Shown here: positions 1-10,457 of the stretch, piece by piece
Layout: each line of letters begins with the position of its first letter
How positions within the stretch are numbered: the stretch's first letter is position 1
Assembly (NCBI GenBank): GCA_028685665.1
Contig: JAQUDN010000002.1
Span: forward strand, 1 to 51,674
Length of the DNA stretch: 51,674 nt
From: Burkholderiaceae bacterium
GTDB lineage: Bacteria; Pseudomonadota; Gammaproteobacteria; Burkholderiales; Burkholderiaceae_C
Reading direction: 5' to 3'
The notes under the pieces: generated by a model
What the model saw: the letters and a program-made list of their open reading frames with translations, nothing else
What the model was told of the DNA's origin: nothing
Databases searched by the model: none
Made by a program: the position numbers and the translations under genes

Positions 1-1
1 G

Positions 2-334
2 TACTGGCAGGCGGCCGATGAGGGCAAGCTGCTGATCAAAAAGTGCCATGCCTGCGGCGAGGTGCACCATTACCCGCGCGACATTTGCCCCCATTGCCTG
101 AGCAGCGACACCGTCTGGCAGCAGGCGGCGGGAACCGGCACCGTCTATTCCTTCAGCACGATGGGGCAGGGCGAGGCCGCTTACACCCTGGCGTACGTCA
201 CGCTCGAGGAAGGCATCACCCTGATGACGAATCTGGTGGACTGCGATCCTGCCACGGTCGCCATCGGCGACAAGGTGCGGGTGGTCTTCAAGCCCACCGA
301 CGGCCATGCCGTCCCCATGTTCACCCCCGTTTGA
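2..334 (+). CDS. DUF35-type OB-fold/Zn-ribbon protein (acyl-CoA-associated), 5' end cut by window edge
   Basis: The frame is open from nt 2. The translation YWQAADEGKLLIKKCHACGEVHHYPRDICPHCLS has a CxxC..CxxC rubredoxin-like ribbon followed by an OB-fold-like C-terminus. Its stop overlaps the next start (TGATG). Confidence 0.75.
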   Translation, partial: YWQAADEGKLLIKKCHACGEVHHYPRDICPHCLSSDTVWQQAAGTGTVYSFSTMGQGEAAYTLAYVTLEEGITLMTNLVDCDPATVAIGDKVRVVFKPTDGHAVPMFTPV

Positions 335-1563
335 TGGAGTCCGCCATGCCTTTCTCTGATTCCAGCGCACCGCGCACAGGGCCTCTGTCGCGTTTCACCA
401 TTCTGGATGCCTCGCGTGTCCGGGCGGGGCCTACGGCCATTCGCACCTTTGCCGATCTGGGGGCCCGCGTCATCAAGCTCGAGATCCCGCCCGGGGCGCC
501 CGGCGGGGACGACATGATTGGGGGGCGGGACCACAACCGCGCCGATTATGAAAACCTGCACCGCAACAAAGAGAGCCTGACCCTCAACATGAAGGAGTCC
601 GAAGGCCTGGCGATCCTGAAGGAACTGGTCAAGACCGCCGACGTGTTCATCGAGAACTACCGCCCCGACGTGAAATACCGCCTGGGCATTGGTCCGGACG
701 ATCTGCGTGCCATCAATCCCCGCCTGGTGTATGCGAGCATTTCGGGCTTCGGTCAGGATGGGCCGTATGCCAACTGGCCGGGCTTCGATTCGATTGCCCA
801 GGGCATGGGCGGGCTGATGAGCGTGACCGGCCAGCCTGGCGAAGGCCCGATGCGCGTCGGCATTCCGATTGCCGATCTGTGCTCGGGCCATTTTTGCGCG
901 CAGGCCATCATGGCCGCGCTGCTGGAGCGTGAGGTGTCGGGGGAAGGGCAGTGGGTGCAGACCTCGCTGCTCGAATCCCAGATCGCCATGCTCGATTTCC
1001 AGGCAGCGCAGTGGCTGATCGACAAGAAAGTGCCGCAATCGACAGGCAACGAGCATCCGCTCACGGTGCCCACGGGGGTGTTCGCAACCCGCGATGGCCA
1101 TCTCAACCTTGCCGCCATTGGTCAGACCATGTGGAAACGCCTGTGCGTGGCCCTCGACGTGCCGCACCTGGTGGACGAACCCGGCATGGGCTCGGACCCT
1201 GAGCGGGTGCAGAACCGGGCCCGGGTGAATGCCGCGATTGGGGCCGCCTTCAAAACCCGTAGCACGGCGGATTGGACCGAAGTCCTGCTGAAGGCGGGCG
1301 TGCCCTGCGGCCCCATCTACACGGTGGACCGCATGTTCGAAGACCCGCAGGTCAAGCACCTGGGCATTGCCCGCCCCATGCACCATCCCGAGCTGGGCGA
1401 TATCGAGGTGATCGGTCTGCCGATGCAGTTTTCTGCCCACCCGCGCGACCAGGGGCCCATGGTGCCCGCCCCCCACCAGGGCGACCAGACCGAGGCCATC
1501 CTGCAAGGCCTGGGTTACAGCCCCGCGCAGATCGCGGCCCTGCGCGCGAAATACGTGGTTTGA
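334..1563 (+). CDS. Family III CoA-transferase (CaiB/BaiF-type)
   Basis: The N-terminus LSRFTILDASRVRAGPTAIRTFADLGARVIKLE and the GFDSIAQGMGGLMSVTG motif are typical of class III CoA-transferases. The start ATG is chosen inside the 43..1563 ORF, at the overlap with the upstream stop. Confidence 0.9.
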   Translation: MESAMPFSDSSAPRTGPLSRFTILDASRVRAGPTAIRTFADLGARVIKLEIPPGAPGGDDMIGGRDHNRADYENLHRNKESLTLNMKESEGLAILKELVKTADVFIENYRPDVKYRLGIGPDDLRAINPRLVYASISGFGQDGPYANWPGFDSIAQGMGGLMSVTGQPGEGPMRVGIPIADLCSGHFCAQAIMAALLEREVSGEGQWVQTSLLESQIAMLDFQAAQWLIDKKVPQSTGNEHPLTVPTGVFATRDGHLNLAAIGQTMWKRLCVALDVPHLVDEPGMGSDPERVQNRARVNAAIGAAFKTRSTADWTEVLLKAGVPCGPIYTVDRMFEDPQVKHLGIARPMHHPELGDIEVIGLPMQFSAHPRDQGPMVPAPHQGDQTEAILQGLGYSPAQIAALRAKYVV

Positions 1564-1584
1564 TTTTTTGGAGATTCCCGCACC

Positions 1585-2586
1585 ATGGCCCAACTCGTTG
1601 CCGCTTTTGCCTCTTCCCACAGCATCATGCTGGTCTCGCAGCGCGAGGACTGGCAGCACGGCTTCCGTGTCATCGACACCAAGAACGCCCACTACTACGA
1701 CAAGCAGGGCCACAAGACCGACTACGAGGCCCTGCTCGCCGCCGCACCTGCGGGCTCCGACGCCAGGGTCACGCCGGAAAAGATGGGCGAGCGCTACGAC
1801 GCTGCCGAGGCGGCGATGGACCATCTGGGCCAGCGCATCCGCGAGGCCCGGCTTGACGTGCTCTTCATCGTCGGCGATGACCAGACCGAGCTGTTCCGCC
1901 TGAGCAACAACCCGGCCTTCGCCATCTATTACGGCCCCACGATCCGCAACACCGCCCGCGAGCCCGCCTCGCCTTCGGACAACTGGGTCAAGTCGGCCCG
2001 CATGTGGCGCCACGAGCCCGAACAGGACAAGGAATACCCGGTCAAGAGCGACATGGCCGAATGGTTGATCCGCCAACTCTGCGAGCGCGACTTCGACATC
2101 GCGGCCATGGATGGCATCGAGCGTGGCAAACATGAAGGTCATGCCTTCCAGTTCATCCACCGCCGCCTGTTGAAGGAGCATGCGCTGCCGGTGATCCCGG
2201 TCATGCTCAACACCTTCGACCCGCCCAACCAGCCGACGCCCCGCCGCTGCGTGGCCTTGGGCAAGGCCCTGCGCGAATTGGTCGCTGAGTGGCCTGAAGA
2301 CATCCGCGTGGGCGTGATCGCGTCTGGCGGTTTGAGCCACTTCGTGGTGGATGAAGAACTGGACCAGAAAGTGCTCCAGGCCATCCGCGACAAGGACAGC
2401 GCCACCCTGGCTGCCCTCGACCCCAAGCTGCTGCAGGCCGGCAGCTCCGAGATCCGCAACTGGCTGGTGGTGGGCGAGATGGCCAGGGACCTGGATGTGG
2501 AGTGGGTGGAATACATCCCCGGCTACCGTACCCCCGCCCTGACCGGCACGGGCCTGGCCTTTGTGGCCTGGAAGACCTTGCCCTGA
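1585..2586 (+). CDS. LigB-type (class III) extradiol dioxygenase-like protein
   Basis: By-eye alignment to LigB: SSH(12)S, DVLFIVGDDQ (LigB has DVVILVYNDH), SGGLSH, SSEIRNW. A GGAG lies about 11 nt upstream of the ATG. Confidence 0.75.
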   Translation: MAQLVAAFASSHSIMLVSQREDWQHGFRVIDTKNAHYYDKQGHKTDYEALLAAAPAGSDARVTPEKMGERYDAAEAAMDHLGQRIREARLDVLFIVGDDQTELFRLSNNPAFAIYYGPTIRNTAREPASPSDNWVKSARMWRHEPEQDKEYPVKSDMAEWLIRQLCERDFDIAAMDGIERGKHEGHAFQFIHRRLLKEHALPVIPVMLNTFDPPNQPTPRRCVALGKALRELVAEWPEDIRVGVIASGGLSHFVVDEELDQKVLQAIRDKDSATLAALDPKLLQAGSSEIRNWLVVGEMARDLDVEWVEYIPGYRTPALTGTGLAFVAWKTLP

Positions 2587-2614
2587 AGGCCAACGATTTT
2601 TTGTGGAAAACACC

Positions 2615-3316
2615 ATGAGCGATTCCAAGAACCTTGTGCAACGCCTGCGCCGCCTGGATGCCTGCGCGGTGTCCGACGCCCTTGACAAGCTGGGCCTGCC
2701 CGGCGTCGTCACCCATTTGCCCCAGCGCAGCCAGGGCCCTGGTGGCGCCAGCCGGATTGCCGGCCGGGCCGTCACGATGAAGGTCGGCCCCGGCCAGCCG
2801 CCCCCCGGCCCGCCCAAGCACCTGGGGTGCACGGCGATTGAGCAGTCGGGCAGCGACGACGTGATCGTCGTGGAGCAGCGTAGCGGCGTCGAAGCCGGTT
2901 GCTGGGGGGGCTTGCTGACCCTGGGCGCCAAGGTGCGCGGCGTCGCGGGCGTGGTCGCCGACGGCCCCCTGCGCGATGTCGATGAGGCCATTGCCTACGA
3001 ATTTCCGGTGTTCAGCCGCAGCCTGACCGCGCGCACCGCCCGGGGCCGGGTGGTGGAGCTGGGCACCCAGGTGCCGGTCACCATCGGCGCGGGTTCCGGC
3101 CCCGGCCTGGGCGGCGAGGTGGTCGTGCACCCTGGCGACTATGTGCTGGCCGACCGCAGCGCGGTGATCTTCATTGCCGCAGCGCACATCGGGCAAGTCC
3201 TCGACGCCGCGGAAACCATCGTGGCCAAGGAGGCGGCGATGGCCAAGGCCCTTCTTGCCGGCACGCCGATCGGCGAGGTCATGGGCGGCAACTACGAACA
3301 CATGTTGGAAAAGTGA
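2615..3316 (+). CDS. RraA-family protein (RraA / HMG-aldolase fold), paralog 1
   Basis: RLDACAVSDALDKLGL... and GVVADGPLRDVDE are typical RraA-fold signatures. The internal ATG at 2615 is chosen within ORF 2561..3316. Confidence 0.8.
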   Translation: MSDSKNLVQRLRRLDACAVSDALDKLGLPGVVTHLPQRSQGPGGASRIAGRAVTMKVGPGQPPPGPPKHLGCTAIEQSGSDDVIVVEQRSGVEAGCWGGLLTLGAKVRGVAGVVADGPLRDVDEAIAYEFPVFSRSLTARTARGRVVELGTQVPVTIGAGSGPGLGGEVVVHPGDYVLADRSAVIFIAAAHIGQVLDAAETIVAKEAAMAKALLAGTPIGEVMGGNYEHMLEK

Positions 3317-3321
3317 GAGAA

Positions 3322-3996
3322 ATGACGATGAACCACCCCACCGAAGACAAGAACGTCGCGCGCGCTGCGCGCCTGGACACCCCGACGATTTCGGACGCGC
3401 TGGACAAGCTCGGCATCGTCGGCCAGTGCTACAAGATCAAGCCGCGCAGCAGCGACTTTCGCATGGCCGGCCGTGCCTGGACCCTCAAGTACGGCCCGGC
3501 CGCCAACCCGCCCGGCACGGTGGGCGACTTCATCGACGATGTGGCCCCTGGCAGCGTGATCGTGCTCGACAACAACGGCCGGGAAGACGCCACCGTCTGG
3601 GGCGACATCCTGACCGAGATCGCCCACCGCCGTGGCATTGCCGGCACGGTGATCAACGGCATCAACCGCGATACCCATTTGTGTTTGTCGCTGGGCTATC
3701 CCGTGTTCTCGCTGGACCACTGGATGCGCACCGGCAAGGACCGCGTGCAGGTGGAAGCCACCGGCATTCCCGTCAACATCGGCGGCGCCCGTGTCACGCC
3801 GGGCGACATCCTCAAGGGCGATACCGATGGCGTGGTCGTGATTCCCAAGGAACACGAAGACCGCGTGTTGGACGTGGCCGAAGAAATCGAGGCGGCCGAG
3901 AACCAGATCCGTGAAGCCGCCCGTTCGGGCCTGCGCCTGGACGAAGCCCGCCAGCAGTTCAAGTACCACCAACTCCAGACCCGGGAGGCGAAATGA
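3322..3996 (+). CDS. RraA-family protein, paralog 2
   Basis: RLDTPTISDALDKLGI..., WGDILTEIAHRRGIAGTVINGINRD. The start is either ATG 3322 or GTG 3313; the GTG would overlap the upstream stop. Confidence 0.8.
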   Translation: MTMNHPTEDKNVARAARLDTPTISDALDKLGIVGQCYKIKPRSSDFRMAGRAWTLKYGPAANPPGTVGDFIDDVAPGSVIVLDNNGREDATVWGDILTEIAHRRGIAGTVINGINRDTHLCLSLGYPVFSLDHWMRTGKDRVQVEATGIPVNIGGARVTPGDILKGDTDGVVVIPKEHEDRVLDVAEEIEAAENQIREAARSGLRLDEARQQFKYHQLQTREAK

Positions 3997-4667
3997 GCGC
4001 AGCCACTGACCGCGTTGATCCCGCGCTGACCACGCGCCTGGAATTCCAGCGCCTTTCTCCTGCGCTGGCCGCCGCCGCGGCCAAGCTCCCCACGGCTACG
4101 TTGCACGAAGCCGCGAAGAAGATCGGCGCCTTGCCCTCGGCCATCAAGCCGGTGGCGCCGCAGTTCCAATTTGCGGGTTCCGCCCTGACCGTGCATTCGC
4201 CTGGGGGCGACAACCTCTGGCTGCACCGTGCGCTGGAAGTGGCCCAGCCCGGCGATGTGCTGGTGGTCTACACCAGCGGCGTGTACGAGCACGGCTACTG
4301 GGGCGAGATCATGACCACCATGGCCCAGGTGCGCGGCCTGGCGGGCCTGGTCATCGACGCTTGTGTGCGCGATGGGGTGTTGCTGGGCGAGATCGGCTTT
4401 CCGGTGTTTGCGCGCGGCCTGTGCATCCAGGGCACGGGCAAGGACTTTGGCGCCACGGGCTGGATCAACCACCCGGTGCGCATGGGCCAGGTCACGGTGC
4501 AGGCCGGCGACCTGGTGGTGGGCGATGCCGATGGCGTGGTGGCCATCCCCCAGGCCCGCGCGGCCGAGGTGATTGCCGCAGGACAGCAACGCGAGGTCGA
4601 GGAAGCCGCCATCCTGAAGCGCCTGGAAGCGGGCGAAACCACCATGGCGGTGTACGGCTGGAACTGA
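3993..4667 (+). CDS. RraA-fold 4-hydroxy-4-methyl-2-oxoglutarate / 4-carboxy-4-hydroxy-2-oxoadipate aldolase-like protein, paralog 3
   Basis: TATLHEAAKKIGALP..., GDNLWLHRALEVAQPGDVLVV..., GLVIDACVRD resemble LigK/GalC-type HMG/CHA aldolases. There is an ATGA overlap with the upstream gene. Confidence 0.8.
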   Translation: MSAATDRVDPALTTRLEFQRLSPALAAAAAKLPTATLHEAAKKIGALPSAIKPVAPQFQFAGSALTVHSPGGDNLWLHRALEVAQPGDVLVVYTSGVYEHGYWGEIMTTMAQVRGLAGLVIDACVRDGVLLGEIGFPVFARGLCIQGTGKDFGATGWINHPVRMGQVTVQAGDLVVGDADGVVAIPQARAAEVIAAGQQREVEEAAILKRLEAGETTMAVYGWN

Positions 4668-4746
4668 AGTCCGTCCCCGACGGCTTCCCGCTGTTCTCAT
4701 GCACCCCGCTTTTTGCGGGGAATTTTTTGGTGAAACGGAGTGCACC

Positions 4747-5721
4747 ATGGACCGTCGATCATTTGCCCTGGGCTTGCTCGGGACCTCCGCCCTGGCTGGG
4801 CCCGCTTGGGCCCAGCCCCTGTCCAAGCCCGCCCGCATCCTGGTGGGTTTTCCTCCAGGCGGGTCCGCCGATCTGGTGGCGCGCGCCCTGGCCCAGCACC
4901 TGACAGGCTATGCGTCCTCGGTCCTGGTGGACAACAAGCCCGGCGCGGGCGGGCGGATCGCGATCGAAGCCCTCAAGGCCAGCGAGCCCGACGGGAGCAC
5001 CCTGTTGGTCACCCCCGGCTCCATGATGGTGGTGTACCCCCATATCTACCGCAAGCTCAGCTACGACCCCTTGCGCGATGTGGTGCCCGTGGCCATGGTG
5101 GCGTCGGCGCAGTTCGTCATCGCGGTCGGCCCGATGGTGCCGGCCCAGGTCACCACCCTGGCCCAGTTCATCGACTGGTGCCGCAAGCACCCGTCCCAGG
5201 CCACCTACGGTTCGTCGGGTGCGGGGTCCATCCCGCATTTCACGGGCGTGGCCTTGGGCAAGGCCACCAGGCTGGACTGGATGCACGTGGCCTACAAGGG
5301 CGCCGCCCCGGCGATGAACGATTTGCTGGGCGGCCAGGTGGCGGCGAATGTGGGCGTGTTGTCCAACACCTTGCCCCATGTGCAGTCGGGCAAGCTGCGG
5401 GCCCTGGCGGTCAGCGGGCCAGCGCGCAGCGCCTTGCTGCCGCAGGTGCCCACCCTGGCCGAGTTGGGCCACGCCGATGCCCAGGCGACCGAATGGTTTG
5501 GCGTCTTCCTGCCCGCCAAGGCGTCTGCGGAAACGGTCCACACCCTGCGGCAATCCGTGCGCGAGGCCCTCAAGGCCAGGGGGCTGGTCGAGGCCTTGGC
5601 CAAGGCCTCGTTCGAACCCGCCCACCCGGAAGGCGCTGCGGACCTGGGTTCCCTCCTGCGCCATGACCTGGCGCGTTGGGGTGACGTGGTCAAATTGTCG
5701 GGGTTCACCCCCGAAGACTGA
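4747..5721 (+). CDS. Tripartite tricarboxylate transporter substrate-binding protein (Bug/TctC family)
   Basis: Signal peptide MDRRSFALGLLGTSALAGPAWA followed by the hallmark Bug-family motif RILVGFPPGGSADLVAR...DNKPGAGG. Confidence 0.9.
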   Translation: MDRRSFALGLLGTSALAGPAWAQPLSKPARILVGFPPGGSADLVARALAQHLTGYASSVLVDNKPGAGGRIAIEALKASEPDGSTLLVTPGSMMVVYPHIYRKLSYDPLRDVVPVAMVASAQFVIAVGPMVPAQVTTLAQFIDWCRKHPSQATYGSSGAGSIPHFTGVALGKATRLDWMHVAYKGAAPAMNDLLGGQVAANVGVLSNTLPHVQSGKLRALAVSGPARSALLPQVPTLAELGHADAQATEWFGVFLPAKASAETVHTLRQSVREALKARGLVEALAKASFEPAHPEGAADLGSLLRHDLARWGDVVKLSGFTPED

Positions 5722-5747
5722 CCTCTTTTCTTTTTCTGAGCTTTGGC

Positions 5748-6533
5748 ATGACTGTTTCCGCTGCATCCTCCACCCCGCTGTTTTCCGTGACCGAGGGGGT
5801 GGCCACCATCACCCTGAACCGCCCCGCGCACCGCAATCGCCTTGAAGACGCCGATCTCAAGGCCCTGCTGGAATTGTTTGCGCAGATCGATGCCGATCCG
5901 GCGATCCGCGTGGTGGTGCTGACGGCCCACACGGCGGGCCAACCCCGTCCGGTGTTCTGTGCCGGTTACCACATTGGGGGCTTTGATGGTGCCGATGGCG
6001 GTGCCCCGGCCTTCGAGCGGGTGGCCGATGCCCTGGCGGCGCTGCGGCCCATCACGGTCTGTGCGCTGAACGGCAGCGTGTATGGCGGTGCGACCGACCT
6101 GGTGCTGGCCTGCGATTTGCGCGTGGCGCTGGAGGGCCTGGAGTTCCGCATGCCGGCCACGGCCCTGGGCCTGCATTACTACCCCAGTGGCTTGCAGCGC
6201 TATGTGGCGCGCCTGGGGGTGTCCGCCACCAAGCGGGCCTTTTTGACGGCGCGGCCCTTCACGGCCCAGATGCTGTGGAACACCGGCTGCCTTGAAGCCT
6301 TGGTGCCGGCCGCCGATTTTGAGGGCGCCGTGGCCCACCTGGTGCGTGATGTTTCTGCACTGGCACCGCTGGCGGTGCAGGCCACCAAGCAGTCGATCAA
6401 TGAAATCGCGAACGGGCAGCCCGATGGACCGGCGATGCGCGCGCGGGAGGTCTTGACCGCGCAAAGCGCTGATTTTGCCGAGGGGCGCCTGGCTTTTCAG
6501 GAAAAGCGTTCTCCGCAATTCCACGGTCGTTGA
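5748..6533 (+). CDS. Enoyl-CoA hydratase/isomerase (crotonase) family protein
   Basis: VATITLNRPAHRNRL..., FCAGYHIGGF, NGSVYGGATDLVLACDLRV are crotonase-fold signatures. Confidence 0.85.
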   Translation: MTVSAASSTPLFSVTEGVATITLNRPAHRNRLEDADLKALLELFAQIDADPAIRVVVLTAHTAGQPRPVFCAGYHIGGFDGADGGAPAFERVADALAALRPITVCALNGSVYGGATDLVLACDLRVALEGLEFRMPATALGLHYYPSGLQRYVARLGVSATKRAFLTARPFTAQMLWNTGCLEALVPAADFEGAVAHLVRDVSALAPLAVQATKQSINEIANGQPDGPAMRAREVLTAQSADFAEGRLAFQEKRSPQFHGR

Positions 6534-6586
6534 CCCGGTCCGCCGGAGGCACAATGGGGCGCTTCAACTCCCGATGGATCCTCCCC

Positions 6587-8023
<1,437 letters not shown>

Positions 8024-8204
8024 GGCCGGCGATGGGGTGGGGGCGGTGCCGTGGTGCGCCGCCACCCTGCCTGGGGTTGACCCCGTGGCCGTGCCAGGGC
8101 CCACCCGCTAAAATCGCGGGTTTCCCTGTGCGTGTTCCCGCTGTCCCCGCGGCAGACCAGGGCAGCGCACCGCCCTCTTTCTCAACCACCTCGGAATCAC
8201 GATC

Positions 8205-9269
8205 ATGGCCCTCGTCTCGATGCGCGAACTGCTCGACCATGCTGCTGTCAATGGCTACGGCATCCCCGCCTTCAACGTCAACAACCTGGAACAGGTGCAG
8301 GCCGTGATGGCCGCTGCCGACGAAGTGGGCGCGCCGGTCATCCTGCAGGCCAGCGCAGGTGCACGCAAATACGCCGGCGAGAGCTTCATCAAGCACCTGA
8401 TCCAGGCCGCCGTCGAAGCCTACCCCCACATTCCCCTGGTCATGCACCAGGACCACGGCCAGAGCCCCGCGATCTGCCAGGGCGCGATCGACCTGGGCTT
8501 CAGCTCGGTGATGATGGACGGCTCGCTGCACGAAGACGGCAAGACCCCCGCCAACTTTGACTACAACGTCGAGGTGACCCGCAAGGTCGTCGAGCTGGCG
8601 CACAAGGTGGGCGTGACGGTCGAAGGCGAACTCGGTTGCCTGGGCAGCCTGGAAACCGGCGAAGCCGGCGAAGAAGACGGCATCGGTGCGGTCGGCAAGC
8701 TGGACCACAGCCAGATGCTGACCGACCCCGAGGAAGCCGCCCAGTTCGTCCAAGCCACCGGCCTGGACGCGCTGGCGATTGCCATTGGCACCAGCCATGG
8801 TGCGTACAAGTTCACGCGCAAGCCCACAGGCGACATTCTGGCCATCAGCCGTGTGCAGGCCATCAACGCCCGTATTCCCAACACCCACCTGGTGATGCAC
8901 GGCAGCTCCAGCGTGCCGCAAGACCTGCTGGCGATCATCAACCAGTACGGCGGCAAGATGAAGGAAACCTACGGCGTGCCCGTCGAGGAAATCCAGAAGG
9001 CCATCCAGTTCGGCGTGCGCAAGATCAACATCGACACCGATATCCGTCTGGCCATGACGGGTGCCGTGCGCAAGTTCCTGCACGAGAACCCCGACAAGTT
9101 CGATGCCCGTGAATGGCTCAAGCCCGCCCGCGAAGCCGCCAAGCAGATTTGCAAGCAACGCTACATCGAGTTCGGTTGCGAAGGCCAGGCCGCCAAGATC
9201 AAGGGCTACAACCTGGAAGAAGTGGCCCGCCAGTACGCCGCCGGCGCCTTGAACCAGGTCGTGAACTGA
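8205..9269 (+). CDS. fba: Fructose-bisphosphate aldolase, class II
   Basis: [30 protein letters not shown]..., [17 protein letters not shown]. Confidence 0.95.
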   Translation: MALVSMRELLDHAAVNGYGIPAFNVNNLEQVQAVMAAADEVGAPVILQASAGARKYAGESFIKHLIQAAVEAYPHIPLVMHQDHGQSPAICQGAIDLGFSSVMMDGSLHEDGKTPANFDYNVEVTRKVVELAHKVGVTVEGELGCLGSLETGEAGEEDGIGAVGKLDHSQMLTDPEEAAQFVQATGLDALAIAIGTSHGAYKFTRKPTGDILAISRVQAINARIPNTHLVMHGSSSVPQDLLAIINQYGGKMKETYGVPVEEIQKAIQFGVRKINIDTDIRLAMTGAVRKFLHENPDKFDAREWLKPAREAAKQICKQRYIEFGCEGQAAKIKGYNLEEVARQYAAGALNQVVN

Positions 9270-9298
9270 GCCTGGCCCGTTCCGGGGGCCCCGCTGAA

Positions 9299-9330
9299 GC
9301 CCGAAGGCCTGACCGCCCTCGGGCTTTTTT
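9299..9330 (+). terminator. Intrinsic terminator after fba
   Basis: GCCCGAAGG...CCCTCGGGC stem followed by TTTTTT. Confidence 0.75.
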
Positions 9331-9496
9331 GTGTGCATCCCGGCCTGTTGTCCGGGGCGGGGGCGGCCCCGTGGCTTCAGGTAAGCTCAGCCGCCGTTGC
9401 CGCCAGGCCCTTCATCGACCCGGAGGGTCGCCCTGAACCTCGGTGTGCCGCGCTCCCCGCGGCGGTCTGCCGGGCGGCCCCCCCAGAAACAGCGAG

Positions 9497-10294
9497 ATGC
9501 GCATGAGCCCATGGATTCCGACCCTTTCTTTCTCCCTGCTCCGCAAGCCGGTCCGGCTGCTGGGGGCCACGGGCTGGCTGGCGCTGGCGGCCTGTGCACC
9601 CCTGTCGCCTCCCGGGGTGGCGGAGTTCAGCGCCGGGCGCACGCGCCTGGCCCTGCCCCCGGGGGCCTGGGAGGATTGGGGCCGTTCCGATCAAGGCATT
9701 CCCTTGCCGCCCGAGCTCGGCGAAAGCATGCCCCTGCAGACCCGGGCCGTGGTCTTGCGCGGTGCGCGCCAGGAACTGCTCGCGGTGCTTCTGGTGCAGA
9801 CCAACCGCACCAATGCCCCCCGCGATGCCACCCTCTGGTCGGGGGCTTGTGGACCGCAGCGCGGCGTGTGGGTGGAGGATGCCGCCGCCGCCAGCCCCGT
9901 GCGCATCGACTGCCTGCGCTTCAAGCGCTGGGCCAACCAGGAAGACTGGCTTGGCAAGAACCATCCGCGCCTGGCGCATTGGCTGTCTGAGCAGAAGGTG
10001 GCCATGCCCCAGCCGTACTCCCATCTGCACTACCGTTACGCCACGGCCGGCGGGGCCTGGATCGAGTTGAATGCGCTGGTCGATCAGCGGCTCTTGCAGC
10101 CCCGCACCCACAGCAACGAGGAGTTCCTGCGCGCAGGCCAGCCTGCCCAGGACTGGGCGCGCCAGATGGCCCAGGCGGTGCGCACCAGCACGTCGATGAT
10201 GGATGGCCACCTCCCCGTGCCGCCGTTCCCCTTGCCGCTGCCCACAGACACCGTGGCTCCTCCTTCCTCCGCCCCGGTGCCTGGCAAAGGCTGA
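9497..10294 (+). CDS. Hypothetical lipoprotein
   Basis: Lipobox LALAAC after a hydrophobic signal, with strong GC3 bias in this frame. No family was recognised. ATG 9503 is an alternative start. Confidence 0.6.
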   Translation: MRMSPWIPTLSFSLLRKPVRLLGATGWLALAACAPLSPPGVAEFSAGRTRLALPPGAWEDWGRSDQGIPLPPELGESMPLQTRAVVLRGARQELLAVLLVQTNRTNAPRDATLWSGACGPQRGVWVEDAAAASPVRIDCLRFKRWANQEDWLGKNHPRLAHWLSEQKVAMPQPYSHLHYRYATAGGAWIELNALVDQRLLQPRTHSNEEFLRAGQPAQDWARQMAQAVRTSTSMMDGHLPVPPFPLPLPTDTVAPPSSAPVPGKG

Positions 10295-10457
10295 TTTTTC
10301 AGCGCGCCGAGGGCCGCGTGCCCTGGCGCCCACAGGGGCGCGCGACCCGGGGCCAGGCGGCCCGGTGTTGCTTCGCAACATCAGTGCCACAGGGCCCTCG
10401 CCCTCTTCATGTAAGCTCGTGGTCAGAAAAAACCACAGACCTCACAGAGGAGACAAC

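Noticed and set aside
181-2991. 936-aa ORF on the minus strand spanning the CoA-transferase and LigB-like genes
   Set aside because: This is a typical high-GC shadow ORF. Its translation is Arg/Ala/Gly/Pro-rich low-complexity sequence with no motifs, while the plus-strand frames give clear family signatures.
9377-10390. 337-aa minus-strand ORF opposite the lipoprotein gene
   Set aside because: The plus frame has a signal peptide with lipobox and better GC3 periodicity. The minus translation is Arg/Gly/Pro-rich.
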